Shown here piece after piece: positions 17,522 to 27,825 of a stretch of DNA of 64,000 nt (within the stretch, counting starts at the first letter, position 1; each line of letters opens with the position of its first letter). The stretch spans positions 32,001 through 96,000 of the forward strand of contig BTUM01000020.1 in assembly GCA_045863235.1 (NCBI GenBank). The letters run 5' to 3'. The position numbers and the translations under genes are program-made. The notes below the pieces were generated by a model that saw only the letters and a program-made list of their open reading frames with translations, made no database searches and was not told the DNA's origin. This DNA comes from Candidatus Xenobia bacterium (lineage in GTDB: Bacteria > Vulcanimicrobiota > Xenobia > Xenobiales > QWHO01).

Positions 17522-20500
17522 TCATTGTCCGAAGATCAAGATGACCTTGCCTGGAACCGAGGCGTTGCCGGGTGCCGGGGCGGCGATGTCGTTGATGCCG
17601 TCGGCGTTGAGGTCGCCGATGGCCATCTTGCCCGGATTGGAGAGGGCGTAGCGAAGAGGGGCGGCGAATGCTCCCCCGGCCTGTCCGACCAGGATCTGCA
17701 GGCTCTCCAGCCCGGTGATCAGGTCCAAGATCCCGTCGGCGTTGAGATCGCCCGCGACCAGCCGGCCACCGCCCACCACCAGCGGAAAATTGACCGCTCC
17801 GGCAAATGTGCCCGCCCCCTGGTTGAGCAGTACGCTGACATTGTTGGTGCCGGTGTTGGAGGCCGCTAGATCGGGCCCGTTGACCCCGTCGAAGTCGCCC
17901 GCGGCAAGTCCCGTCGGGCTGACGCCTCCAGCCAGGCCCAACACCGTGGTCGCAAACGAGGTGCCTGCGCCGTTGTTGCGCAGAACCCTGAGGTTGTCGT
18001 CGTCGGCGTTGGCCACCGCCAGGTCGGGGCCGTTGACCCCATCGAAGTCGGCTGCTTGAACGAAGCTGGGCCCGTTGCCGACGGCGAAGGTGTTCTGGGC
18101 GGCAACGCCTCCCGAGCCGTTGTTGAGTAAGACGCGAACCACCAGTTGCAGCGAGTCGATGACCGCCAGGTCGGGCCCGTTCAGCCCATCGAAGTCGGCG
18201 CTGATCACCACGGTCGGGTTGAGCGCACCCGGCATGGCGATGGGAACGGCCGGATTGAAGCCGGCCCCGTTGTTCAAGAGCAGCGACAGATCGGCTCCGA
18301 CCGAGTTGGCGGTGACCAGGTCGATTCGTCCGTCCCGGTTGAAATCGGCTGCCACGACGGACGTGGGGTTGATCCCCACGGGGAAGTTATTGAAGGCGCT
18401 GAAGGTGCCCCCGCCCTGGTTGAAGATCACCTCCACCCGATTCTGCAGCGAGTTGACCGAAGCCACATCCAGCCCGTTGCTGCCGTCGAGGTCGGCCAGA
18501 ACGGAGTAGTTGGTGCCTTCATTGGGGCCCAGCACGAAGGGGTAAGCCAGGTAGCCGCCCCCCTGGTTGAGGAAGACACTGGCCCCGGGCTCCATGATGC
18601 TGACGCTGGCGGCCACCGCGTCGGGGCCGTTGAGGCCGTCCAGATTCCCGAAATCGAACTCGGAAGCGCTTCCAGCGATGGCCGTGGGGCTTGAGGCGGT
18701 GAAGGTGGCCGCGCCCGAGTTGAAAAGTACGGTCAGGCTGTCCTGGAAGATGTTGGTCACTCCGATGTCCAACCCGTTGACCCCGTCGACATTGGCCAGA
18801 CCCAGCCGGAAGACGCCCGGGGAGTTGAAGATGGCCGTGGTGGCCGGGAAGTTGCCGGTGCCGTCGTTGAGCATCAACCAGATGTTCTGGTTGATGGAGT
18901 CGTTGAAGACCATATCATTGCCGTTGACCCCGTCGAGGTTGCCCGACTTGAGGTCCAGGCCGTTTCCGCCCAGCGGAATGCCGAAATTGGTGAAGGGGCC
19001 GAACACCCCGCCGGCACCCGCCGGATACACCCGGATGTGGGGGAAGACCACCACGCCGATGTCGGCGAGTCCATCGCCGTCGAAGTCGCTCAGGGTGACG
19101 CCCTGGCCGCCTGCCCCCAGAGCGATGGTTGCTCCCGGAGCCAGGACTCCGGCGCCGTTGTTGAAGAGGGTCTGCAGGTCATTGAGGCCGACGTTGGTGA
19201 CCAGGTCGAGATCGCCGTCTGCGTCGATATCCCCCAGGTCTCCCCAGATGTTGCCGCCGATCAGGGTGGCCACGTCGGTGGCTGCAAAGCCACCCGCCCC
19301 ATTGCTCAAAAAGACGGTGACCTCATCGTTTTTCAGCAGCACGAAGTCGATGCCGTTAAGGTTGTCCAGATTCCCTTTGATCAGCCGGTTCAGGCTGTTG
19401 GTCGGATCGGTGTAGATGGTCGAGGCCGCGCCCAGCGTGCCATCGGCCTGGGTGAGGAGCTGGAACAGGGCGCGGGAGGCCGGATTGGGGCCGGTCATGA
19501 TGACGTCGTCGCGCCCGTCCCCGTTCACGTCCAGCAAGATGGTGCTGTCGGCCTGGTTGGGGGTGGAAAAGGCGCGGTTGCCGGGCGGGAGGCTTCCCAC
19601 CGCGACCGTGGCCGGCACGCTGGCGGTGATGCCATCGCGAGTGGCCGAGATGTTGGCCGTGCCGGGAGTTCCCGTGCCGCTCACCAGGCCGGTCGGGGTC
19701 ACGGTGGCCACGGCGGGATTGTCCGAAGACCACGTCGAGCTGGCGGTTACGTCGGCCGAGCTATTGTCGGAGAAGGTGCCGGTGGCGGTCAGCTGTTGCG
19801 GGGTCAGGCCCACCAGGGCCACCGGGTTGGGGGTTACGGCGAGGGTCTGAAGCAGAGGAGGCGTGATCTCGAAGGCGGCACTGGTGGCCCCGGTGAGGCC
19901 AGTTGAGGTTGCGACCAGGGTGTAACCTGTCGAAGGCGCGGCCACCACCAGGTTGGAGAACACGGCCACGCCGTTCACCGGGGTTGCCGTCGGGCTGCCC
20001 AGCAGTGTGGTCGAGGTGGGGTTGGATCCCAGGGCGAGCGTGATGGGGGAGGTGGCCGTGGGGAACAGGTTCCCGTTCTGGTCGAGCACGGCGACCTGGG
20101 CGGAGAAAACGGTCCCGGCCGCGGACTGTACTGATGGTTGGACGGCGAACGTCAGAGAGGTTGCGGTCGGAGACACCGCTGGATTCGGCGGGCCGGGTGG
20201 TGCCGGGGGAGCCAGACTGAGGAGCTGAATCCTCTGAGTCAGCACCTGGCCGGGTGTGACCGTGATGTTGACCGGAGCCGACTCGGCGATCTTGTTGCCC
20301 ACCTCGTCATGGCCGAACACGCTGAGCCGGAAGGTGCCGGGCAGCACCTGGAAGGTGACGGTCACGCTCTGGGCGTCCTCAGGAACCGGAGTGACGATGG
20401 GTCCAGCCACCAGGTTGAAGGGCGGGTCGGGAGCGGCCACCTCGGTGTGCACCGTGGCCACCCCGGCTCGCTCCTGGCGAGCCTGGGGCAGGTCGAGGGC

Positions 20501-20623
20501 CATTCGCACCGAGACCATCTGGGGCCCGGGGGCAGGTGCCGGCACACCTCCCGAGCGGGGGCCAGCCGAGGAGCACCCCAGCAAGAGCAGCAACAGCAGG
20601 AGTGAGGCGGAGCTCAGGCGCAT
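17522..20623 (-). CDS. FG-GAP/VCBS repeat lipoprotein with Ig-like (Big_2) domain
   Basis: Lipobox LLGC; many D-(F/L)-(D/N)-G-x-x-G-x-D repeats; TWSSDNPAVATV. Confidence 0.9.
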   Translation of the reverse strand: MRLSSASLLLLLLLLGCSSAGPRSGGVPAPAPGPQMVSVRMALDLPQARQERAGVATVHTEVAAPDPPFNLVAGPIVTPVPEDAQSVTVTFQVLPGTFRLSVFGHDEVGNKIAESAPVNITVTPGQVLTQRIQLLSLAPPAPPGPPNPAVSPTATSLTFAVQPSVQSAAGTVFSAQVAVLDQNGNLFPTATSPITLALGSNPTSTTLLGSPTATPVNGVAVFSNLVVAAPSTGYTLVATSTGLTGATSAAFEITPPLLQTLAVTPNPVALVGLTPQQLTATGTFSDNSSADVTASSTWSSDNPAVATVTPTGLVSGTGTPGTANISATRDGITASVPATVAVGSLPPGNRAFSTPNQADSTILLDVNGDGRDDVIMTGPNPASRALFQLLTQADGTLGAASTIYTDPTNSLNRLIKGNLDNLNGIDFVLLKNDEVTVFLSNGAGGFAATDVATLIGGNIWGDLGDIDADGDLDLVTNVGLNDLQTLFNNGAGVLAPGATIALGAGGQGVTLSDFDGDGLADIGVVVFPHIRVYPAGAGGVFGPFTNFGIPLGGNGLDLKSGNLDGVNGNDMVFNDSINQNIWLMLNDGTGNFPATTAIFNSPGVFRLGLANVDGVNGLDIGVTNIFQDSLTVLFNSGAATFTASSPTAIAGSASEFDFGNLDGLNGPDAVAASVSIMEPGASVFLNQGGGYLAYPFVLGPNEGTNYSVLADLDGSNGLDVASVNSLQNRVEVIFNQGGGTFSAFNNFPVGINPTSVVAADFNRDGRIDLVTANSVGADLSLLLNNGAGFNPAVPIAMPGALNPTVVISADFDGLNGPDLAVIDSLQLVVRVLLNNGSGGVAAQNTFAVGNGPSFVQAADFDGVNGPDLAVANADDDNLRVLRNNGAGTSFATTVLGLAGGVSPTGLAAGDFDGVNGPDLAASNTGTNNVSVLLNQGAGTFAGAVNFPLVVGGGRLVAGDLNADGILDLITGLESLQILVGQAGGAFAAPLRYALSNPGKMAIGDLNADGINDIAAPAPGNASVPGKVILIFGQ

Positions 20624-20681
20624 CAGAAGGGCCGGGTTAGGCAATGAGACCAACTTCCCTGCTCGGTCGGGGGAGGCGAGG

Positions 20682-22028
20682 TTAACCCCACAGGATCCAG
20701 GTGACGGCCAGCTCGCCTCCGGTCTTGATGTTGAGCATGTCGTTGCCCGACAGGCGCATCAGGGGCACCCCGATCTTCTGAGAGAACAGGTAGGGATCGA
20801 AGTCCACCCGGAAGGGTTGATACTCCCAGCCCTCCCCTGAGGGCACCGGGCACTCGAATTGCGGGATGAAAACTCGCTCCTGAGCCACGTAGCGCTTGCT
20901 GATGGCCGTTTGGACGGCCGTTTGCCAATCCGAGTCGGAAAGCTCCCAGCCCAGGTAGATTCCGTCTCCACCCCAGCCATCGGCAGGCTTGAGCACCAGA
21001 GTCTCGCGGCGCTCGAGCAGAGTGCTCACCACCGGGCCGTCCTCTACGATGGCGGTCCAGGGTACGATGCGGCGGATGAACTGCAACTCGTCGGCATCGA
21101 GCAGCTCTTCCATCTCCTCGCGATGGAACAGGGCCAGCAGCGACTTGATGGTGAGGGGCTTGGCCCGGAAGGGGTTGACCATGCACACCGCCCCGGCCCG
21201 GTAGGCGTCGAGCAGGGCCTGCGCTTCCTCGCCCCGGGCCAGCAGGTCCTCGACCAGCACCCGCCGGTAGACCACATCGATGGGCTTGCCGTCGTAGTCG
21301 AGCAGACGGCCGTTCTTGAACTCGAGCTCGCGCGGGTCGGAGACCACGGTGTCGATCCCGTGGCCCTTGAAGTGGTCGCGCAGGAGGGCGAACTCGGCGT
21401 GGGTGCTGACGGTGACCCAGTCCACGATGGCGATGCGGGGGCTGCCCGAGCCCCCCCAGCTCTTCCACGAGCGGAGCAGCACTTCCAGAATGCTGGGGTC
21501 GCAGGGCAGATAGTGGCCCGGGTGAAGCTGGGCAAACTGTTTCCAGGTCTCGGTCTGGGAGATGATGTCCCAGCAAGCGTCCATGAAGGCGGCCCCGCCG
21601 GGGCTGTCGATGTTCAGCTCCACGATGCGGTAGCCCGAGTCGTCGGGGCTCTGGGGCGGCCCCAGAAACCCGTCCACGCGCGAAACGTGGGAGCCGTGGG
21701 GGAGGCTGGCCGGCAGCCGGATGAGGTCGCGCTCCTGGGGCGAGATGCCCAGCAGCTCCATCCAGCGGGGACGATGCAGGATGGGCTCGAGGCGGATCAG
21801 GATCTTGAGCAGCTGGGCCATCTCGCGGTTGACCGGCTCGAGGCGCGAGCGGCTCACCAGAGCGGGGGCGAAGTTCAGCGGGATGGGACGATCCCCCACC
21901 ACCAGCCCGGCCTTGCGCAGGCGCTCGCGGACGGCCTCCAGCTCCTGGCGCGTGCCAGCGGGGTCTTTCTCCAGCAGCGAGCGGAAGGTGTCAGCGGCCT
22001 TCTGGGCAGCGGGGTCGGTGTGCGTCAT
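20682..22028 (-). CDS. circularly permuted ATP-grasp (glutathionylspermidine synthase-like) peptide ligase
   Basis: RVDGF, VELNIDSPGG, IAIVDW, IDVVYRR, VLKPA..GG.G and VAQE motifs. Confidence 0.8.
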   Translation of the reverse strand: MTHTDPAAQKAADTFRSLLEKDPAGTRQELEAVRERLRKAGLVVGDRPIPLNFAPALVSRSRLEPVNREMAQLLKILIRLEPILHRPRWMELLGISPQERDLIRLPASLPHGSHVSRVDGFLGPPQSPDDSGYRIVELNIDSPGGAAFMDACWDIISQTETWKQFAQLHPGHYLPCDPSILEVLLRSWKSWGGSGSPRIAIVDWVTVSTHAEFALLRDHFKGHGIDTVVSDPRELEFKNGRLLDYDGKPIDVVYRRVLVEDLLARGEEAQALLDAYRAGAVCMVNPFRAKPLTIKSLLALFHREEMEELLDADELQFIRRIVPWTAIVEDGPVVSTLLERRETLVLKPADGWGGDGIYLGWELSDSDWQTAVQTAISKRYVAQERVFIPQFECPVPSGEGWEYQPFRVDFDPYLFSQKIGVPLMRLSGNDMLNIKTGGELAVTWILWG

Positions 22029-22897
22029 CGAGGGCGGTTCGCAGGGCTCAGGCAGCCGTCCTGCAGTCGATAGCGGGCGCCGTAGAGAAAGGGCAGGTTG
22101 GCCGCCCCGTGGCCCACCGGCAGCCCGAAGACCAGAGGGACCCCCAGCCCGCGCAGGATGGGCTCGAGCACCTCCTCGGCGCTCCAGGGCTCGTCCGCGC
22201 TGGGAGCACAGTCCTCGAAGCTGCCCAGGGCCACGGCCAGAACCCCGTCCAGACAGCCCGACTCGCGCAGCTGCACGAGATAGCGGTCGAGGCGGTAAGG
22301 CTTCTCGTGCACGTCCTCGAGCAGCAGGATGGAGTCTCGAGCCGAGAGTTGGAAGGGCGTTCCGCACAGGCTGGCCAGCACGCACAGGTTGCCGCCCACC
22401 AGGGGGCCTTCAGCCTGACCCGCCACCACGGTGCGGCCTGCCAGATCGGGCACGGTATCTTCGGTCAGGAGGCTCTTCAGGGCCCGCCGACTTTCTTCGT
22501 CGGGGTGATGACCCAGACTGTGCAGCACCGGGCCGTGCACCAGCTCGGTCCAGCCCTTCCGGTGCAACGCCTGGTGAAGCACGGTGAGATCGGAGAAGCC
22601 CACCACCGGCCGGGGGTGGTTCCCAGGGTCGAGCTGGCCCAGCAAGCGGGCGGTGCCGTAACCGCCACGGCTGGCCCAGACCAGGTCGATGGCAGGGTCC
22701 TGGAGCGCCCGCTGCAGCTCCTGCAAGCGCTCCTGGTCCGAGCCGGCAAAGTAGAGCTCCCGGCGCTCGGGGGGCAGCACCGGCTCGAAACCCCAGCTGG
22801 CGATCAGCTCGGCATTCTGCTCGAGCTTCTTTCGGTCGGGCGGACCTGAGGGAGAGACCACGGCAACCCGGGCACCGGGACGAAGCGGCAGGCTCAA
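22025..22897 (-). CDS. LD-carboxypeptidase (peptidase S66)
   Basis: RGGYG, GFSDLT (catalytic Ser), GGNL, LEDV.E and PVGH. Confidence 0.92.
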   Translation of the reverse strand: MSLPLRPGARVAVVSPSGPPDRKKLEQNAELIASWGFEPVLPPERRELYFAGSDQERLQELQRALQDPAIDLVWASRGGYGTARLLGQLDPGNHPRPVVGFSDLTVLHQALHRKGWTELVHGPVLHSLGHHPDEESRRALKSLLTEDTVPDLAGRTVVAGQAEGPLVGGNLCVLASLCGTPFQLSARDSILLLEDVHEKPYRLDRYLVQLRESGCLDGVLAVALGSFEDCAPSADEPWSAEEVLEPILRGLGVPLVFGLPVGHGAANLPFLYGARYRLQDGCLSPANRPR

Positions 22898-23307
22898 CGC
22901 TCTTGCAGGCCTTCCCGGGTGGACCAGCGAGGGAAGTCGGCCGGCACGCCGGGATGGTTCTGGCCACGGCAGACCACCGTGCAGGAGCGCTGGTCGGGGC
23001 TGACCTGGTAGCCCTCGCGATAGGTCGGTTTGCCGACCGCGGGACAGAGCTGACGGGGATGCTCAGGGTCGAGGGCTTGCATGTAGGGCACCAGAGCCTC
23101 CCAGTCGGGAGGAAAGTGCCCCTCGTGCTCGCGGGCATAGAGCTCGAGGCAGCGCTGGATCCGGATCAGCGCCGTCTGGCAGGCCAGCAGCTGGCCCCGC
23201 TCGCGCGCCCCGGGCTGTAAGATGACCTTGCTCACCAGATAGGGCCCGCCCAGCACAATCAGAAGAGCAAAGCCGACCAGCAGGAGAATGACTTTCTTGC
23301 CGCTCAA
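22894..23307 (-). CDS. pilin/GspG-like membrane-anchored protein with four Cys
   Basis: N-terminal TM, then ARERGQLLACQ..L..I...LELYA..H.G.FP...L. Confidence 0.6.
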   Translation of the reverse strand: MSGKKVILLLVGFALLIVLGGPYLVSKVILQPGARERGQLLACQTALIRIQRCLELYAREHEGHFPPDWEALVPYMQALDPEHPRQLCPAVGKPTYREGYQVSPDQRSCTVVCRGQNHPGVPADFPRWSTREGLQER

Positions 23308-23381
23308 GAGGGATGGATTCGCGGCCCGCCGGGTGGACCCTGGTCAAGGTGAGCAGTCACCTTCTGTCGAAGCCTCAAAGC

Positions 23382-23576
23382 ATGAAGATCGCCCGGGTTG
23401 TCCGCAAGCTCAAAATGGGGGAAGAGCCGACCGACTTTGCCTATTGGCAGTCGCGCCCCATGGAGGAGCGCCTGGAGGCCCTGCTCGAGATTCGGAGGGA
23501 TTATCACGAGTGGCGCTATGGGTCTGAGCCAGGATTTGAAAGAGTTCTTACAATTACTCGAGACTCACCAGGTTGA
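23382..23576 (+). CDS. small protein coupled to nucleotidyltransferase (putative TA partner)
   Basis: DFAYWQSRP.EERLEAL pattern; overlaps the downstream NTase gene. Confidence 0.65.
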   Translation: MKIARVVRKLKMGEEPTDFAYWQSRPMEERLEALLEIRRDYHEWRYGSEPGFERVLTITRDSPG

Positions 23577-23958
23577 GTATCTCGTAGTTGGAGGGTTCGC
23601 TGTGGCGGCCCACGGCCATCCTCGCTACACCAAAGACATTGACCTCTGGGTTCGGCCCTCAGCCGAGAATGCCCGAAGGCTCGTGCACTGTCTCCAGGAG
23701 TTCGGCTTTGCCTCCTTTGGCATCAAAGCGGAGGATTTCCTTGAGCCGGACGTGGTCATTCAACTCGGTCACCCACCCAACCGTATCGACCTCCTGACCA
23801 GCCCGAGCGGTGTCGACTTTGAAGACTGCTATTCGAAGCGAGTGCGGACTGTGCTCGAGGGGGTGCCGATCAATCTGATCGACCTGGAGAGCTTGAAGGC
23901 GAACAAGCGAGCTTCCGGACGGCATCAGGATCTGGCCGACCTGGAGAACCTGAGTTGA
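23518..23958 (+). CDS. nucleotidyltransferase (DUF6036/MNT-like)
   Basis: YLVVGGFAV..HG.PRYTKDID and K..SGR.QDLADL motifs. Confidence 0.88.
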   Translation: MGLSQDLKEFLQLLETHQVEYLVVGGFAVAAHGHPRYTKDIDLWVRPSAENARRLVHCLQEFGFASFGIKAEDFLEPDVVIQLGHPPNRIDLLTSPSGVDFEDCYSKRVRTVLEGVPINLIDLESLKANKRASGRHQDLADLENLS

Positions 23959-23968
23959 GAGAGGTTTG

Positions 23969-25015
23969 CTACTCCTCCAGGTCTCCACGCTGGGGCTTGA
24001 GGGGAACGAGCACCGTGCGGTCGGGTGCCTCCACCCGGACGCGGTCCAGGAAGCAGCCTTCGCCGGTCTGGCTGGCGTCGGTCTGCACCCGGAAGCGCAG
24101 CTCCACTGTCTTACCCTGGTAATCCGACAGGTCCAGGCGGTGCTCGCGCCAGTCGGAGCGGCCGGTCACACGCTCCACGGCCGTCCACTGACCGTCCTTG
24201 GGCCGGGCTTCCACGTGCAGGAAGTCGGCCTCGGGCTCGAGGTCGTGGCGCAGGTCGAAGGCCAGCTCAGGCTTCTCGGTCCCGGCCAGCGAGATGGGCT
24301 GGCTCACCAGGCCCAGGTTGCTGAAGTTGCCGTAGCGGCCTCCCGGACTGTCGGTCCAGACCTTGCCACGGCCTTCCTCGTCGACCTTGCCCCAGTGGTC
24401 ATTGCGGTGCAGGATGCCGTGCATGAAACGGCCCAGACGGTCGACGTCGCCGGCTGCTACCGCTTCTGCGTGCTTCTTGGAATGGTAGGCGTAGGTGCCG
24501 ATCTTGCCTACCTGCAAGGCCAGGATGGCGGCCTGGGCAGGCAGCCCGGCCCCGGCTCCGATGGCCGCGAAACTTCCCGCCACGCCGATCTGCAGCACTC
24601 CGGCGATGGTCTGGGCGGTGTCCTTGTGGCGCACACCCTGGACGGCGAGATAGAGGCCCATGGCGCCCACGAAGCCGTTGCCGAGGAGGCCCGGAAGCAT
24701 ACTGCCCGCCCCCAGGCCCATCCGGGCCACGCCGTCGAACATCGCCTCGCGATCGCCGCGCACGTGGCCGCTGTTGAAGCGAGCCGCGCCCAGGCCCATG
24801 ACCTTGAGGCCGTCCAGGATTCCCATGCTGGTCACGGCGCTGTGGTCGGTGGAGCCGATCAGGGCGGCGGTGGTCTCATCCAGGTCCATCAGGCAGAGCA
24901 CGTCGCCCGTCACCTGGGCCGCTCGCGCAGGCAGCGGCTTGGCGGGTGAATGACCCGCAGGCGCACGGGAAGGTTCGCGACAGGTTGCCACGCTCAGTTG
25001 CACCCCTTGATCCAA
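23969..25015 (-). CDS. hypothetical protein: hydrophobic helices plus C-terminal beta-sandwich (immune inhibitor A/MAM-like)
   Basis: WTDSPGGRY, LE..ADFL.VE, DLS.Y.GK.V.LRFR..TD.S and G.FLD pattern; start uncertain. Confidence 0.7.
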   Translation of the reverse strand: MDQGVQLSVATCREPSRAPAGHSPAKPLPARAAQVTGDVLCLMDLDETTAALIGSTDHSAVTSMGILDGLKVMGLGAARFNSGHVRGDREAMFDGVARMGLGAGSMLPGLLGNGFVGAMGLYLAVQGVRHKDTAQTIAGVLQIGVAGSFAAIGAGAGLPAQAAILALQVGKIGTYAYHSKKHAEAVAAGDVDRLGRFMHGILHRNDHWGKVDEEGRGKVWTDSPGGRYGNFSNLGLVSQPISLAGTEKPELAFDLRHDLEPEADFLHVEARPKDGQWTAVERVTGRSDWREHRLDLSDYQGKTVELRFRVQTDASQTGEGCFLDRVRVEAPDRTVLVPLKPQRGDLEE

Positions 25016-25227
25016 TCATTTTGCTCTCAAAGATCTCTGAAGACGACAAAGCCCTCCATGAGCGAACCGTGGCCCAGATCTCTGCGAAACGCCCGGAGTG
25101 GTCCTGGTCGGGTGGACAGCGGCCGGGGCCTCGAGCTGGTCAGGGTCGGCGAAGTGCGGCACCCTGACGATCCGTTGCGTCCCGGCTCACGAGGGAACGC
25201 AGCCGCACCGCGCGAAGCGCCCGGCTT

Positions 25228-27819
25228 ATGAGCGAGATCCCCCAGAAGTACGACCACAATGCCGCCGAAGAGCGCTGGATGAAGCTGTGGGAGGAGTCCG
25301 GCATCTACCGCTGGGATCCCACCCGTTCGCGCGAAGAAACGTTTGTGGTGGACACCCCGCCCCCCACGGTGAGCGGCTCGCTCCACGTGGGACACGTCTT
25401 CTCCTACACCCACCAGGATCTGATTGTGCGCTACCAGCGCATGCGGGGCAAGAACATCGCCTACCCGATGGGCTGGGACGACAACGGACTGCCCACCGAG
25501 CGGCGGGTGCAGAACATCTTCGGAATCCGCTGCAACCCGCGCCTGCCCTATGACCCCGAATGGAAGCCCCGGCGCGACAAGCCTGACAACGACGTGGAGG
25601 AAGTCTCCCGGCGCAACTTCATCGAAGCCTGCGCCCTGGTGACGGTGGAGGACGAGGCTGCCTTCGAAGCCCTCTGGCGCCGGCTGGGCCTCTCGGTCGA
25701 CTGGCGAGAGACTTACGCTACTATCGACGCCCACTGCCGCAAGATCTCCCAGCTCTCGTTCCTGGACCTGGTGGAGAAGGGTCAGGTCTACCAGGTGGAG
25801 GCGCCCACCATGTGGGACATCGACTTTCAGACCGCCGTGGCCCAGGCCGAGGTGGAGGACCGCGAGCGGGACAGCTTCTACCACGACATCCGCTTTCAGG
25901 TCGAGGGGGGCGGCGACTTCGTCATCTCCACCACCCGCCCCGAGCTGCTGGCCGCCTGCGTGGCGGTGGCCGCCCACCCCGACGACGAGCGCTTCAAGCC
26001 GCTCTTTGGCAAGCGAGCCATCACCCCGCTCTTTCACGCCGCCGTGCCCATCGTGCCGGCCGAGCATGCCGACCCCGAGAAGGGCACGGGGATCTTGATG
26101 GTCTGCACCTTCGGCGATTCGGCCGACGTGGACTTCTGGAAGAAGTCGGGCCTGCCGCTCAAGCAGGTGGTCAGCTTGCAGGGCACGCTCTTGCCCGTGA
26201 CCTTCGGCACCGAGCCCTTCAGCAGCCTCGATCCGGCCGCCGCCCAGGTGGCCTACGATCAGCTGGCCGGCCAGCACCTCAAGAAGGCCCGGGCCCGCGT
26301 GGTGGAGCTTCTGGCCGAGGCCGGGGCCGGAGTGGGGGAGCCGCGCCCCACCAAGCAGTTCGTCAAGTTCTATGAGAAGGGCGACAGGCCGCTCGAGTTC
26401 GTGTCCAGCCGGCAGTGGTTCATCCGCCTGCTCGAGCACAAGGAGAAGCTGCTCGAGATGAGCCGCAAGATCGAGTGGCATCCGAGTCACATGCGCCTGC
26501 GGGTGGAGCACTGGATCGAGGGCCTCAACCAGGACTGGGCGGTGAGCCGCCAGCGTTACTTCGGAGTGGCCTTCCCGGTCTGGTATCCGGTCGACCAGGA
26601 CGGCCAGCCCGACCACCAGCAGCCGATCTACGCCAGCAAGGAGAGTCTGCCGGTGGATCCGCTCTCGGACGTGCCCCCGGGCTACACCGAGGCCCAGCGC
26701 AACCAGCCGGGCGGCTTTACCGGCGACCCGGACGTGATGGACACCTGGGCCACCTCCTCGATGAGCCCTCAGATCATGAGCCACTGGGGCATCGATCCCA
26801 AGCGCCACGGGCGCCTGTTCCCGATGGATGTGCGCCCGCAGTCGCACGAGATCATCCGCACCTGGGCCTTCTACACCATCGTGAAGGCCTGGATGCACGA
26901 GGACACGATTCCCTGGAAAAACGTGACCATCAGCGGCTGGATCCTCGACCCGGACCGCAAGAAGATGAGCAAGTCCCGGGGCAACGTGGTCACCCCGGGG
27001 CACCTGCTGGAAAAGCACTCTTCTGACTCGGTGCGCTACTGGGCTGCCCGCGCTCGCCTGGGCACCGACACCGCTTTTGACGAGAAGGTGATGGAGCAGG
27101 GCTCGAAGCTTCGCACCAAGCTGTTCAACGCCAGCAAGTTCGTGCTGGGGGTCATGGAGCGCTCGGGCGCCAGGGCGGGAGGCCCGGACCAGATCACTCA
27201 CCCGCTCGATCTGGCGATGGCCGCCAACCTGAGCGAGCTGGTGCGCCAGGCCACTGAGAGCTTCGACCGCTTCGACTACGCCGGGGCCCTTTCGGCCACG
27301 GAGGACTTCTTCTGGAACTTCTGCGACGACTACGTCGAGCTGGTCAAGCGCCGCAGCTACGAAGAGGAAGACTCGCCTGGCCGCCGCTCGGCCCTGGCCG
27401 CCCTCAAGCTTGGCCTGGAGACATTGCTGCGCCTGTTCGCGCCCACCATGCCGTACGTGACCGAGGAGATCTGGTCGTGGCGCCATCCCGGTTCGATCCA
27501 CAAGGCAGCCTGGCCGTCCGAGGACGAGTTCGCCACCGGCGGACGCGTCGAGCACCCGCAGGCCTATGCCTGTGCCGTGGAAGTGCTCAAGAAGGCTCGC
27601 ATGGCCAAGACCGAGGGCAAGAAGAACCTGCGCTGGCCCATCGCCAGACTCGAGGTGGTGGGCAAGGAGGAGGACCTCGCGGCCCTGCGCACCGTGCTCG
27701 ACGATGTGCTGCAGGCCGGCGCGGTGGAGCCGGAGGGCGTCACCTTGCAGGCCGGGGAAGCTGGCGGGTCGGAGCGCTTTGTGGTGAAGGCGGTGCTGGC
27801 CGAGTCCGGAGCGAGCTGA
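25228..27819 (+). CDS. valS: valine--tRNA ligase (type 2 subfamily)
   Basis: DTPPPTVSGSLHVGH, GWDDNGLPTER, DW.VSRQR, RPQ.HEIIRTW and KMSKS. Confidence 0.96.
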   Translation: MSEIPQKYDHNAAEERWMKLWEESGIYRWDPTRSREETFVVDTPPPTVSGSLHVGHVFSYTHQDLIVRYQRMRGKNIAYPMGWDDNGLPTERRVQNIFGIRCNPRLPYDPEWKPRRDKPDNDVEEVSRRNFIEACALVTVEDEAAFEALWRRLGLSVDWRETYATIDAHCRKISQLSFLDLVEKGQVYQVEAPTMWDIDFQTAVAQAEVEDRERDSFYHDIRFQVEGGGDFVISTTRPELLAACVAVAAHPDDERFKPLFGKRAITPLFHAAVPIVPAEHADPEKGTGILMVCTFGDSADVDFWKKSGLPLKQVVSLQGTLLPVTFGTEPFSSLDPAAAQVAYDQLAGQHLKKARARVVELLAEAGAGVGEPRPTKQFVKFYEKGDRPLEFVSSRQWFIRLLEHKEKLLEMSRKIEWHPSHMRLRVEHWIEGLNQDWAVSRQRYFGVAFPVWYPVDQDGQPDHQQPIYASKESLPVDPLSDVPPGYTEAQRNQPGGFTGDPDVMDTWATSSMSPQIMSHWGIDPKRHGRLFPMDVRPQSHEIIRTWAFYTIVKAWMHEDTIPWKNVTISGWILDPDRKKMSKSRGNVVTPGHLLEKHSSDSVRYWAARARLGTDTAFDEKVMEQGSKLRTKLFNASKFVLGVMERSGARAGGPDQITHPLDLAMAANLSELVRQATESFDRFDYAGALSATEDFFWNFCDDYVELVKRRSYEEEDSPGRRSALAALKLGLETLLRLFAPTMPYVTEEIWSWRHPGSIHKAAWPSEDEFATGGRVEHPQAYACAVEVLKKARMAKTEGKKNLRWPIARLEVVGKEEDLAALRTVLDDVLQAGAVEPEGVTLQAGEAGGSERFVVKAVLAESGAS

Positions 27820-27825
27820 GCTGGG

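Noticed and set aside
25027..27555. 842-aa minus-strand ORF
   Set aside because: Antisense shadow of valS, typical of high-GC DNA.
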